Shown in pieces: positions 25,905 through 39,108 of a stretch of 64,000 bases of DNA. Each line of letters begins with the position of its first letter. The first letter of the stretch is position 1. Origin of the DNA: Amoeboaphelidium protococcarum X5 (taxonomy: Eukaryota; Fungi; Aphelidiomycota); NCBI GenBank assembly GCA_023515725.1, contig JALDTO010000200.1, positions 612,276 through 676,275 on the forward strand. Direction: 5' to 3'. The notes below the pieces were generated by a model. The model ran no database searches, had not been told where the DNA came from, and saw nothing but the letters and a program-made list of their open reading frames with translations. The position numbers were made by a program, and so were the translations under genes.

Positions 25905-26508
25905 TCCCTTCAATTCTGTCAATATATTCAAAATAAGCGCTAAATATATATATCTACAAACTAAAGAGGAAGATGATGAGTGATGAACTGAGATGATGAT
26001 GATAGTGATGGAGAGTGATTCTGCAAAAGGGGCAAAGCGCGAAGGCGACGAAAGATTCGCTGCTCATCAAGGGCCAATCAAGCGTTATTGCACTTAAATT
26101 TTAAGATTTACCTTGAGTGTTTAGTCTAACCACTAAAGATTAGTTATAATTAAAAATTTGACTGCTTTAGATGGAGGCATAAAGAATCGGTTGAAATTAA
26201 GATTAATGCCCCGAATCTAGTGTTGAGATGCTTCGTATTCTGAAACCAACGCGCGCGCGTGGAGGGTGGAATTGCTGTAGCCATTTATACTCCAGAATCT
26301 CGAGTGATACATTTTTGCGCTTCCTATAATTGAGCGATGGTGTAAGATACACCACTGATATGTTAAAGTCTCAAATGTTCCACGCATATCGTCGCGCGCT
26401 ATTTCCTGTTTTCTACGTTTTCACTTTCACTCACTGTGTATCTGAGTAATCTCACTCATTTTTATTTATAGAGTATATTTCAGATAGATACGTATATTTG
26501 AATTTATT

Positions 26509-27759
26509 ATGCTTTCAGGGCCGTCTTATAAAAGTGAAGAGTAGACTATACTTGTCCGTGTTAATTCAGATGTTGGTAGTTACGTTAGTGAAAGTGATGT
26601 TGAATCTTTATTGTCTATGGAGTCTCTTGATATTGAAGTTGGATCTGATGATGATACTGATACGTTGATGAATGCAAAACTGCTGGCTAATCGCGCCTTT
26701 CTTGATGCTGAAATTGCTAGATGGGAGATGGTAGACTCAACTCTGTATAATTCTGATGATTTCAAGATTGTAAAGAAGCCAACCGCGTCTCAAATGCATC
26801 ATCTGGTTCTTAATCCCTACTTGTATAGAGGTCTGCAGCCGATAGCCACTCTCGATGACCTTGCAGGTTTAGTTGGTGCTCCTTCCCATTGGTCCGAGAT
26901 ATGCGATCAGAAAGTTATGAGTGATGTCGCGGTTGATCTAATTTATCGCGATTTCGTTGGTTTGGACGAGTCTACCAGTGAGATCATTGTCGAAAGCATG
27001 TTTCAGTGTTTAGTAAATAGGATAGGCGTTTGTCTTGGAACTATAATCTATCACAGGCCTCAAGCTCCATTCATCGTTGGCGGTATATTGGCTAGGTCTT
27101 AGTATGATATCCGCGGTAGATCAGATACTATTTTTTAAGATAGATCCTAAAACTTTATACTGGCCACAGAATGTAAGAAGGCGTCTGCATTTGCGGCAGA
27201 TAAGTTGTGGCATCATGGGTCACGTGGAATTCAGACTTTTTCCACAATGTATCGCACGGGATGCCCAACTATCCTGTTCTCTCAGAAGGCTTTTAAGCTG
27301 TTTGTGGAAAATGAGAGCCGAAATGCTGTATTGACTTGGCCTGTCTCTAGTGATCAAGATACCACTGGCTCTGTGCCTTTTTCCTTGGATATGGTGGCGG
27401 CATCATATTCAGTCGAGTACATGTCAAGTAACATTAAAAAGGTTATTGCGATTTGTCTGATGGCTAGTGTTTCTGATGGCCTGGATTCCACTTTAAAGAA
27501 AGCTGCTGCAGAGAAGATGACGCCGGTGAAGAATTCTGTCTTTACGTCAAAAGATGCTCAAACTGGTGAATAAGGTGGCAAGAAGCGGAAGTTGGGTGGC
27601 GATAAAGAGTGGAAACTTGTTAGATCGGCAAGACTCCGTGCTGTAACTCCCAAGTTTATTTCAGGATTTGTCGATGAATTACCAGTTTATACAACAATAC
27701 GCGTCGGTTCTGACGATTTGATCCAGCAGATGGCGGCTCTAGATGTTGAAACTGATTGA
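26509..27759 (+). CDS. PD-(D/E)xK-fold (Crinkler-effector-like) protein, copy 1
   Basis: 417-codon table-6 ORF. RGRSDTIF...ILATECKK resembles a restriction-endonuclease catalytic motif, followed by SRGIQT. The family assignment is inferred. Confidence 0.6.
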
Positions 27760-28038
27760 TTTGATTTAATCTGTTTATAATATGTATTTCTTTCTATATT
27801 AATGATAGCATTTCTATTCAAGTCTAAGAATTTGACACTTATTTTTATTTTATTATCGTACAATCGTTCCATACCCAGTACAGTAGGAGCTCTCTCTTTG
27901 AAACGCTTAGAAAGAGCCACAGATTTTTTTGCGCGTTTTTCGTGCAATCTTCTCTTATTATATCACAGTAAGCACTTTTTCTATCAGTCAAAATAATACA
28001 AATAATCAACAGGCTGCTTTTATTAATCTCAGGTACAT

Positions 28039-31000
28039 ATGGATCCATTTAGTCAAGTGCGTGCTAATACGTCCACTTTGCAATATAAGCTCTTGCTGGC
28101 AGTGGAGTAATCTCTTGTGGAGGCCAAGATGCAACTGATTCCAACTGCGTACTTTGCAAGTATGGTCATGCTGCTTAATGATAAGATTGCATCTGTTGAA
28201 GAATTGCTAGAGTCTGATGCTGACGAAATTAATGGAATCTTGTATTTGCTTTCTGTAGTCACTAGTCATGTACCTAATCCAGTACTGCAGATGAAGTATA
28301 GTGATGTGTTGAGCGTGTACGAACGCGTTTTGTCAATATTTCACTCGCAAGAGAATTGTAATGCAATCATTAGGCACTGCATTGAATGTATGACTGCACT
28401 GTTAACAGTTTAGCCGCCCACAGTCTGGTCTTCGCCTGATACCGTAAAGATCCATCAGTAGATGATGCTGCGGCTGTTCGACCAGTCTCCAAAGGTGAGG
28501 AAAGTGGCTCAGTTGTGTTGCCTCAAGTTGGTGAGATTTCGCGGTCAGGGAATTTTGCCTTTGAAAGCTCACCCATCACGAGCACTTTTGGTAAAATTGC
28601 TTTGCAAGATTGTCGAAGATATCTCCGCTAACCTGTCCACGGATTAAAGTGCGGCTTTATGTCATTTGCTTTCGTTTGTACAGTCTCTGTGGAAGTATTT
28701 GGATGTTTAGCTTGTCATGCAATTGCTGTGTGGTAAGAATAATAACAGTGGCAGTAATTCAAGTGGTCTTAATGCTTTGTCAGAGCGCTTGAATAACTCC
28801 ACTTCTTTTAATCATGCCTAGAAAGCTCATCTGGAGTGTATGAACTCTCTTATTAGCTTGATTACTAGAGATCAAGAAGCTTCCGCCCATTCTGACGAAG
28901 ATGATAGTGGTAGTGTTGGTATTGATGTTAATTCATTTACTATGACCATTTTTAGAAAATGTTTTGATCCTATTCTAGCTCTGAAAGTTTAAAAGAATGT
29001 CGATTGTCTTCCTATTTGGCTCACCATATGTGCGCAGTGTGCTGTCTATTATAAATTGAAGTTTTTTCTGGCTGATGTCCAGGATTAGCTGTTGATTTCT
29101 GGGGCTATTGCTGGTATATATTCAAATGTTTTTGGGATTTTGTTTATGAACATGGGGAAAGAAGTGCGGAAGATGTTGATGGATGCTACTCAGTAAACTC
29201 TGTGCAGCATTATTGATACCTTCTAAATGGACTCATAATAATCTTCAGATAGTGTTGTAAAGTGTTTGTAGTTGACTTAAAAGGGAATGAATGACGCGTC
29301 AATGCTTCAGTATTCTGTAATCTTGAAGGTGGTTGCACATTGGGTTACTATTATGGATTTAAGTAAGAGTTCGTGTTTGCAACAGTTGACTCCTGTTATA
29401 AAGTAGCTGTAAAGAGATGAAAATGCTTTGCTGGACGGAAAGTGCAGAAAGTAATTTGAAGGTGTTCTATGTGCATTAATTGGCTCTATGACTTGTGCTG
29501 CTTTCTTGAAGATATTTCCGATCGAATTAACTGATAAATAGCCACGTGTGTGGTTGTTTCCATTGTTGAAGAGCTCTGTGTAGAAGGATTGTGTTGGATT
29601 CTATATTGACTCTTTTGTGCCTATGGCTCGTCAGATTGCCTAGAAGGGGAAATAGCTGGAGTAGAATAAACAGTTACCAGAGGCAAAGACTTGTTAGATA
29701 TTGTGGAAGTAGATTTGGGATATTCTCCCGTCATTCTGTGTTAGTCCTTAAGATTTGATTCAGTCTTTTGATGATCTGTGCTCCATCATACTTCCGATTC
29801 TATAAGACGTGGACTTTGTGAGCGATGACGGTAGACTGTAGATTGTGGTGGAAAGTTTGCGTAACATTGTAAAGTCTGTGCTGACCAATGGTGACAAGGA
29901 GTAGTCTCAGTTTTTAGAGTTACATGCCGAAAATATCCTGGGTCTTCTGCTGAGCAAGTATATGGAAATGTCTGCCACTAAGGATAGTCAGTTGAATAGC
30001 TTGAATCAACTCTTCCAGGAGTGTATCAAGTTGTGGTCCTCCGTATGCTAGAAAGATAAGTTAAATTCATTTATTGGCAACATTTTGAAGAGTTATATTC
30101 AACTTACTCAGACGTAATAGCAGTAAGATAAGCGCCATTTGTTGTTAGATCTGGTGAATATCATGTTCGCTGGCACCATTATGCCAATAGAAGCTGTGCA
30201 ATTACTGCTGAGATTGGCTCTACTCGGTTTTGAGGACGATGATGGTAAGATTTAAAAGAAGAGTTATAAACTGTTGACTGAGATGCTTTCCATTGGTAAA
30301 CGTGACTCTGTGGTTAATGGAAATGATAACTCAATCGAAATGCAATAGTTGAAAGAGTTCTTGGTATCAGCTCCAGTTTTGACCTAGATCAAGTAAAAGC
30401 TTATCGATACTATGCTGTCTGTTGAAGCGTCTGCCAAGAAAGATAGATTACAAGCTATCGAGGCTTATATTGATACTATTGGAGAGTAGAATGTGGAACT
30501 TTTATCAATCGTCCCGGAGATTCTGTCAGAGATTGTTATGGGCACCAAAGAGTCTAATGATAAGGCGCGTCAAGTCTCTTATGAACTAATTGTCAAGATT
30601 GGAACTAAAATGCAGTAAGTCGGTGGCAATAAGATTGAGTTGACTTCTTCAGCTGACTAAGATGATGATTAGGAATTGTAGGAAGACTCACAATTCATTT
30701 GTAGTATCTCTGAATATTTGAAAATGGTGATGGCTGGTCTTGCCGCACAAACTCCTCATATGATTTCTGCCACCATCAATGCACTGGCTAGATTACTTTA
30801 CTGCTTTAATGATAATTTTGAATCCGAAATTATCAAGACTGTTTTGCTTTACGCGTTTGAATCCAGATCTAGAGAAATTATAAAGTCTGCCGTCAGTTTT
30901 ATCAAGGTTGTGATTGTGGTCAATATTAGTGATCTTCAGTAGGAGGCTTCCGGTATGATTGCTGAAGACGCCGGTGATAGTATTCTCGATCTGATCATAA

Positions 31001-31740
31001 ATGCCTGCCTCAAATGGTCTTCTGAACACAAGTCTCACTTTAAAGTGTCTTGTCGCTACATTATAGAGAGATTAGTGCGAAGAATAGGCTTGTATGCGAT
31101 TAGATCACATTTCCCGGTAGAGCATGAGAAATTGCTCACCAATATCCGAAAAAGAATGGAGCGCGCCAAGAAACAGTCTAAATAGAAGAAAGATGGTGTA
31201 GACGGTAATGGAGATGATGCTGCATCCAACGGTGAAGAAGGCAATGACAGCGATAGTGTGGCAGAGTTTGGTGATGACAACAATCCTGAAGATGAGGAGG
31301 AGTTGCCAGATTTTATGCGCGATCTTATGGGTGGTTAGTAACACGCGAAGAGTAGTATCTAGTAGATGATGGAATAGCTGCAGTAGGGAGAAGATGAGCC
31401 AATTGACATGCTCCAGTCCAATGTGCAGATGAAGCTGGCTGCAGATCGTGGTGCTGCGTAGAGATAGAACAAGCGTAAGCGATCTAATTTACTCCCTGTA
31501 TCTAATGAAGGCAAACTTATTGTCAATGCTGAATAGAATCACGGGAAGGGCAGAGGCTAGAAGAATAAAAGACATGGTCAAGACTTTGGAGGAGTTGACG
31601 AACAGGATGACTTTGAACCTGACAGTGAAGATGAAATGGTTGGACGCACAGTGCCTGTAAAGAGATCTGGTAAGAAGTAGCAGAGAGCAGGAGGTAGTAG
31701 TAATAGAGGTAGAAACGCTAAAAGATCTAGAATGAGATGA
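28039..31740 (+). CDS. RRP12: Ribosome biogenesis protein Rrp12
   Basis: 1234-codon table-6 ORF. PTAYFA, RVWLFPLL, QIWDILPSFC, QKKSYK, TKESNDKAR, AGLAAQTPHMISATINALARL, SREIIKSA, WSSEHKSHFK, KLLTNIRK. Confidence 0.9.
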
Positions 31741-31803
31741 TCGATTAAGATACACTATATTCTAAATGACGATCATTTCACTGAAGTGTTTTCTTTATAC
31801 ATC

Positions 31804-32321
31804 TCATCTGGTAAAAATACCGTACTCATACTGCTTCATCATTATCTCATTGTACAGCTTTATCTAAAGTGTCCTTAGAACGTGTGCACCGTGAGAGTAC
31901 ATAGTAACGCGATTATATTCCTTACTCTATAAAGTCTAATTATTACTGCTACTACTTTAATTCCCTGCTAATAACTAGGAGCGTTGGAATAATATCTAAT
32001 CAATTGTTTAATTTAGATGAGTCAACAAATGTGCAACAGTCTCACCACTCGCGTAGTAATTGAGCTTGATATACTGATTCTTGTCGTAGATAACACTTTC
32101 ATTTCTCGGATGCTACCAGAAATACCTAATTGATGGATAAGACATAACTCCTAATCTAGCCACTAATTCAGGTTGACTATACAGGTTCACAGAGACAAAC
32201 TGTATTTTCATAGGGACGCGCTGATCATCTTAAGTTTAACCATTTGACAACTATTCATCGCCACTTATGGGAACTGAAGACGTATTAAGCTATACAAAAC
32301 TATACTTACGTAAATCATTAC
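31804..32321 (-). pseudogene. 3' fragment of the thioredoxin-like gene, truncated by the duplication breakpoint
   Basis: Matches 42870-43387 but lacks the 5' end and the WCARS motif. Confidence 0.85.
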
Positions 32322-32936
32322 GGTGCGTATCTTTCGCCGCCGTTTAAACCAGGCGCTTTTATAAAATTCACCGCTGAAATGGTTACTTTATCCATTCACA
32401 AGACTCTACTGCTTTCCAAATATAAGCCGTTTGATCACCAATCGCCCGATATAAAATCCAACAACACTACTAAAGATGATACACGCGCATACAACACCAA
32501 ATGCATAGATATACGGTCGATAGAGCATACCAGCTGCCACTGACATGACACTGCATGGCACTCCAACAATAGCGATGATGACAAACGTAAGCGCATAGAT
32601 CAAAAGCGTCATAATTACAGTGGCTCGCGACTCACTCTATTGCAATTTGTGAAGAAATTCCAGAATCTTGATATGATAATTCTGAGTGAATATAAGTATG
32701 ACAGCGGTAATTAGAGCAGCAATAAATGCATATCGTGATACAGTGGCAATAATCGCAAAGTAATTGACGCACGTATCTTCTTAATCATCATTATCATGAT
32801 CATCAGCAGAAGCGATTAAAATATCCTACTGATTAGATAAACTGCAAGCCACAGTATCGCCACAGTCAGATGAAGAAACCTCCTCATGTTGCTATTTATC
32901 GTCTAATTTTTAATCTGACACTACCGTAGTCTCCAT
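32322..32936 (-). pseudogene. 5' fragment (205 codons) of the TVP38-like gene, truncated at the duplication junction
   Basis: Matches 25290-25904, then runs out of frame into thioredoxin-gene sequence and stops. Confidence 0.85.
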
Positions 32937-33452
32937 TCCCTTCAATTCTGTCAATATATTCAAAATAAGCGCTAAATATATATATCTACAAACTAAAGAG
33001 GAAGATGATGAGTGATGAACTGAGATGATGATGATAGTGATGGAGAGTGATTCTGCAAAAGGGGCAAAGCGCGAAGGCGACGAAAGATTCGCTGCTCATC
33101 AAGGGCCAATCAAGCGTTATTGCACTTAAATTTTAAGATTTACCTTGAGTGTTTAGTCTAACCACTAAAGATTAGTTATAATTAAAAATTTGACTGCTTT
33201 AGATGGAGGCATAAAGAATCGGTTGAAATTAAGATTAATGCCCCGAATCTAGTGTTGAGATGCTTCGTATTCTGAAACCAACGCGCGCGCGTGGAGGGTG
33301 GAATTGCTGTAGCCATTTATACTCCAGAATCTCGAGTGATACATTTTTGCGCTTCCTATAATTGAGCGATGGTGTAAGATACACCACTGATATGTTAAAG
33401 TCTCTAATGTTCCACGCATATCGTCGCGCGCTATTGCCTGTTTTCTACTTTT

Positions 33453-36400
33453 GGGTACCTTACTACTCTTAAGCCAAATGTCGCTACAATATTGTCGCTA
33501 AAACGATCAAACGAATGTCGCTGACAATGTCGTTGACACTGTCGCTACATAAACTGCGCGCACGGCCGACACTGTTTCAGAAATATCAGCGTCAATATCA
33601 GATATACAGTTGCCTATCCCTGACTCTGATATCAGCATTCAAGATAAAAAGTACCGTGAGAAGCCTAATAAAAAGTTGTAGTCAAAATATAGTATGTCAT
33701 AGTTTCAATCTCAGTACTTATTTCATTACTTTTGAAGAGCGAACTTCACTGTTAAGAGAGATTTTGAGAATGAATACCACTAATGGAATGTCCATCAGCA
33801 ATTATGTCCCTCCTGCTGGCGCAAGGAAGATCAAGAGGCAGAGAGAAGACGCAGAGAATGCACCGATTCATCCTGGCAAGACTTGGAAGTGTCCGATATG
33901 TAAAAATCTTCATTTCCCATCTAACAAGAAGCCGCACACTAAATTCTGTTTGGAGTAGTAAAAGAAGAACAACAGTATTGCAGGTTCCGCGAATAATTTG
34001 TCAAGTTGGCTGACTGGAGCATCCTAAAAGTCAGTGGACTCTGTCGCAGATGTACCAGCTGATCAATCCGCGTCAGATCAGATGCCTGAAACGAATGATC
34101 CTAATGCTCATCTTGATACTACCTCAGTCGAAAGTCATGATCAAGTGAATCCTACATTAGTGATTGAGTAGAAAGATTAGAATTTGAGAAGTCATCCCTC
34201 CACCGCATTTACAGTTAAGTATACTGATGAGATTGACTACGCCATCAAAGGAACAGGTTCGCGCGGCTATCAATGCAATGCAACGTCGTCAAGGTGTCCT
34301 GATGTCTGCGATTGCAAGCCGCTGAATCCTCTGTCCTGGCGTGATATCTGGATCTACCCGCCTAATTCTTTACTAGTCTCAGATTATACGGAAAGCTAGG
34401 ATTTTGTGAAGGAGAAAGTTTTATTCTGGACGCCGGAAGTGTTTTTCCATCATCTTGGTGTTCGTTACATGCCTTGTCCTGTCCATGGCGTTGTGGATGG
34501 TCACGTCAAAGTAGCAGGTTGGTCAGCAGTAGGGCCTCGAAAAGTAGTAGGCATTGGTGTATCGTATTACATCATGTTCAAGAGATACAAATGCAATCTG
34601 TGTCACTCTGGTACTGGTGGCAGGACTGGTAAGGAGTTTCGTGGAATAGATCCAGATACTTTGCAGCATCTTCCTCCTCATGTTTAGCAATAATTGCCGT
34701 GCACGGTGATTGACAACACGATCTTGGACAACTAACTGATTTAATTGATGGATAGGATGATCATGCGAGGAGTCTCCTTCAATGAGTTTGTTAAGATGTT
34801 GGATGAGCTGTTCAACATCTAGCATCAGTCAAGACATCTTGCCTATTTGTCTGCATCAACATTTGTTAGAAGGAACCCATAGAAGACTTTAATGTTTCAA
34901 GCTTTGCCTGCACTGATTGACCCATTTCCAGAGTTCAGCGACAAAGAATAGTATAACGTATCCATTCCATCCGCCACTGTTTTGAAGAAATTCTATTATA
35001 AGAGCCAAATGGATGTGTATGATCTGAAGAACGCTGCTGTCGCGCAAGTTACTGGCAAGGTTTTGAGCGGAGATCACACGTTCAAAGCAGCCAAGGTGCC
35101 TGTGTCTAAGTCTCAGTAGATATTTGAAGGATTATATTCCTTGGTGAATGAGTATGGTCAAGTAGCTGGATTCTGGCTTGTGCCAAACAAAAGTTTGAAA
35201 GAATTGACTTATGAATTTGAAGTCCTGAAGCAGCGTTATGCGGCGAAGGATGAAGAGGACCCTCAGGCTTTCTTCACAGATCTCTGCTGCACTGAAAGAG
35301 CATTTCTCTCTGATATGTTTGAATCTCTGTCAGCTACTGGATAAGGATAACGAGTACTCTTGGATATATTTCATTTTATGGAGCGGTATCCTGTAAAGAA
35401 GAAACATCATCTATATTCTCTCTTTGCCTCCAACCTCCGCGAAGCGATATTCATCTGCTCTGAAGAAGACATGCAAGATGTGAAGACAGTATTACAGCAG
35501 CGTGGAGTCTCAGATGAGTAAATGGATCAGATCAAGAGAAGCTATCTATTGCGTAATGGTAAAGTGAGAAGATTTGTTCCATCTGCGGATATTTTATTGA
35601 ATAGAATTGATCAGGTGGTCTAAATGTTTAGAGCGGTTAACAGTGATTTTATTGATGATCAAGTAATGAAACAATCACGAGCGCAATCTGAAGCACGCCA
35701 AGGACTGTTGTTTATCAGATCCTCCTGGAGTAGATATGTATTTGCAGTTAAAGCCTGGAGATGATGGATCGTTTAAGTAGTTCAAGTGTTTTAGAGGTAC
35801 CAGCCAATAAGAAGGATATCACATGATGTTATACAATGCGTTTTAAGCAAAGTCTATCTCTCCTGAGCTTTACAATGTTATGCTCATGGACTTTGTCTAC
35901 AGAAGAAATCAAGATGCGGCGCTGACTTGTGGTTTGACTCCGGATTTTTATATCTACAATCCAATGGTGCTAAGCTAAATTAAGCAGTTGTATGTCGACA
36001 ATGCGAAATATTTCAAATGTTCCGTTTTTGAGAATCTAACTATTCCACAGGTATCTGAATTCACCAAATCTGTTAAATTTGGCTGCAGTAGGTATTTGGG
36101 CAAATCTCTTGATCTAAAGAAAATTTCTGATCAGTAGCTGATGATGGAATGCGAAGGAGGCTTTGATGAAGAACTGGTTGATGCGCTGGCCGATTCAGTT
36201 GATGTTGATTTGACTGTAATTGATATGGATACAAGTGATATTTCTACTGAGCCTATCAAGCTGAACTCCGATGATATGATCTCTAAGTTTGCATTCAATG
36301 TCATATCACGCCCTGTCTCCTCCCAAAAAGAGCTCATCTTATTCATGTCTCTATTTGAATAGTATTGTACCAAGAAAAATGGTGATGATAAGCACGTAGA

Positions 36401-37482
36401 TTATGAGTAAATGGCTGATCGTTGGAATTTTCTGGTCTATAACAAGATTGTCGCCTGCTCAAATTAGTCTGAAGTCGATGTTTTGTTAGCAGAGTACTCT
36501 TTTAAGGCACCAAGCCATTTGAAGAGTTTCGAAGATATCGTGGAACGCAAGTTGGCATGCAAGTACGCGATCGAACCTTACAAGGCCCAGTTCAAGCAGC
36601 TATAAAATCATTTGACTGACCCAACATCATTGCATATTCCGTTTGAAATTCCGTCCTTGCATCAGATGTCTACTGAGTAAACTGTCCAAGGAGTTGAACA
36701 TGTATCCGTAGAGACGCAGGCTTCATTGAACAATTTGAGCTGCATCTGCCCTGCTACTCAGTCTGTTTAGAATGTCAATGATTTGCTCGCTACTGCAGAT
36801 TTAGATATTTAGAGATTAGTTGATAGTATAGACGATGCTTACTTCACCAATCTGGATGTCGACACTTTGTTTAATCCAGTTTTGGATCCACCTGATGGTG
36901 ATAATATTCCAAGAATTGACAGTTTTGGAGAGAATGTGGACATCAACGAGCAGCCGACTTTAAATTAATTGACTTATCACACCGTCGATATCATTTAGGC
37001 TGATACTGGGCCTGTCACAATGACTGAGGCTGTCAATTTGACCGAACTGCTGCGTTAGAGATTCGGCGACGACGTGTTGACTCCTGAAAACGGATTTGTC
37101 AGTGAAGAAGAATTGGACAATAACTTGAGAAGCGAATCAGTGAAACAAGTCTGCAACATCTGCTGGAAGCCAAGATTGATGGCTGATTCCAATTAATGTA
37201 CTGAAGGCCATTCTTCCAAAAGATGCGATGCGTCAAGTTTGTTAGACAAGTCTTTGTAGAAAATGCGTAAAAGTCTCTATAAAAAGTTCAGCAAGCGTGT
37301 AGAAAGAGAGAGAAAGTTGAAACAGACTTGATTTTGTAGTGATTGAATAAACCGAGTGGATATGATCGCAGATCGGTTTCTTCTTACTCATCCCTGAAAA
37401 TCTGTATAAAATATCGCAACCGACCTGCGGTCGGCAGCGATATAATTTTTCCCCGACTAGGCGTATAACCATATAATTTGCG
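33453..37482 (+). mobile_element. 4030-bp DNA transposon with 8-bp TSD (CTACTTTT) and no terminal inverted repeats
   Basis: TSD copies at 33445-33452 and 37483-37490. The empty site is visible in duplicate copy 1 (CTACGTTTTCAC at ~26413). Left end GGGTACC... carries 5 TGTCGYT motifs; the right end has a hairpin at 37411-37443. Confidence 0.9.
33770..37331 (+). pseudogene. Mutator-related (C/DxxH-type) DDE transposase with DUF6729-like N-terminal region; one frameshift
   Basis: FWTP...CP...GW...GPRKV...YY...RYKC; SGDHTFKAAK (D 35072); NEYGQV; FFTDLCC (D 35279); LLDIFH (DxxH 35363); frame change at ~35670; CLSDPPG...CFRGTSQQEGYH (E 35811). CxxC...H...C knuckles occur at both ends. Confidence 0.75.
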
Positions 37483-37578
37483 CTACTTTTTCACTTTCAC
37501 CTACTGTGTATCTGAGTAATCTCACTCATTTTTATTTATACAGTATATTTCAGATAGATACGTATATTTGAATTTATT

Positions 37579-38829
37579 ATGCTTTCAGGGCCGTCTTATA
37601 AAAGTGAAGAGTAGACTATACTTGTCCGTGTTAATTCAGATGTTGGTAGTTACGTTAGTGAAAGTGATGTTGAATCTTTATTGTCTATGGAGTCTCTTGA
37701 TATTGAAGTTGGATCTGATGATGATACTGCTACGTTGATGAATGCAAAACTGCTGGCTAATCGCGCCTTTCTTGATGCTGAAATTGCTAGATGGGAGATG
37801 GTAGACTCAACTCTGTATAATTCTGATGATTTCAAGATTGTAAAGAAGCCAACCGCGTCTCAAATGCATCATCTGGTTCTTAATCCCTTCTTGTATAGAG
37901 GTCTGCAGCCGATAGCCACTCTCGATGACCTTGCAGGTTTAGTTGGTGCTCCTTCCCATTGGTCTGAGATATGCGATCAGAAAGTTATGGGTGATGTCGT
38001 CGTTGATCTAATTTATCGCGATTTCGTTGGTTTGGACGAGTCTACCAGTGAGATCATTGTCGAAAGCATGTTTGAAAGGTTAGTTAATAGGATAGGAGAC
38101 TGCCTTGGAACATTAATCTATCACAGGCCTCAAATTCCATTCATCGTAGGTGGTATTTTGGCTAGGTCTTAGTATGATATCCGCGGTAGATCGGATACCA
38201 TTTTTTAAGATAGATCCTAAAACTTTATACTGGCCACAGAATGTAAGAAGGCGTCTGCATTTGCGGCAGATAAGTTGTGGCATCATGGGTCACGTGGAAT
38301 TCAGACTTTTTCCACAATGTATCGCACGGGATGCCCAACTATCCTGTTCTCTCAGAAGGCTTTTAAGCTGTTTGTGGAAAATGAGAGCAGAAATGCTGTA
38401 TTGACTTGGCCTGTCTCTAGTGATCAAGATACCACTGGCTCTGTGCCTTTTTCCTTGGATATGGTGGCGGCATCATATTCAGTCGAGTACATGTCAAGTA
38501 ACATTAAAAAGGTTATTGCGATTTGTCTGATGGCTAGTGTTTCTGATGGCCTGGATTCCACTTTAAAGAAAGCTGCTGCAGAGAAGATGACGCCGGTGAA
38601 GAATTCTGTCTTTACGTCAAAAGATGCTCAAACTGGTGAATAAGGTGGCAAGAAGCGGAAGTTGGGTGGCGATAAAGAGTGGAAACTTGTTAGATCGGCA
38701 AGACTCCGTGCTGTAACTCCCAAGTTTATTTCAGGATTTGTCGATGAATTACCAGTTTATACAACAATACGCGTCGGTTCTGACGATTTGATCCAGCAGA
38801 TGGCGGCTCTAGATGTTGAAACTGATTGA
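37579..38829 (+). CDS. PD-(D/E)xK-fold (Crinkler-effector-like) protein, copy 2
   Basis: Intact duplicate of 26509-27759 with 9 amino-acid differences in the N-terminal half. Confidence 0.6.
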
Positions 38830-39108
38830 TTTGATTTAATCTGTTTATAATATGTATTTCTTTCTATATTAATGATAGCATTTCTATTCAAGTCTAAGAA
38901 TTTGACACTTATTTTTATTTTATTATCGTACAATCGTTCCATACCCAGTACAGTAGGAGCTCTCTCTTTGAAACGCTTAGAAAGAGCCACAGATTTTTTT
39001 GCGCGTTTTTCGTGCAATCTTCTCTTATTATATCACAGTAAGCACTTTTTCTATCAGTCAAAATAATACAAATAATCAACAGGCTGCTTTTATTAATCTC
39101 AGGTACAT

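Larger units (their letters stand above)
25290..32321. repeat. Tandem segmental duplication, copy 1 (7032 bp)
   Basis: Near-identical to 32322-43387. Offsets are 7032 before the insertion, then 11070 decreasing to 11066 after it. Junction ...AAATCATTAC|GGTGCGTATC... at 32321/32322. Confidence 0.95.

Noticed and set aside
26338-26354. Hairpin TGGTGTA-AGA-TACACCA and a nearby (CG)n run upstream of the REase-like gene
   Set aside because: Short and could arise by chance. Its second occurrence is only due to the duplication.
31804-32936. New chimeric TVP38-thioredoxin gene at the duplication junction
   Set aside because: The fusion is out of frame with the thioredoxin sequence and stops after ~37 codons.
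33453-37482. Helitron, suggested by the 3' hairpin and lack of TIRs
   Set aside because: It has an 8-bp TSD and a DDE-type protein, with no Rep/helicase motifs and no TC...CTRR ends.
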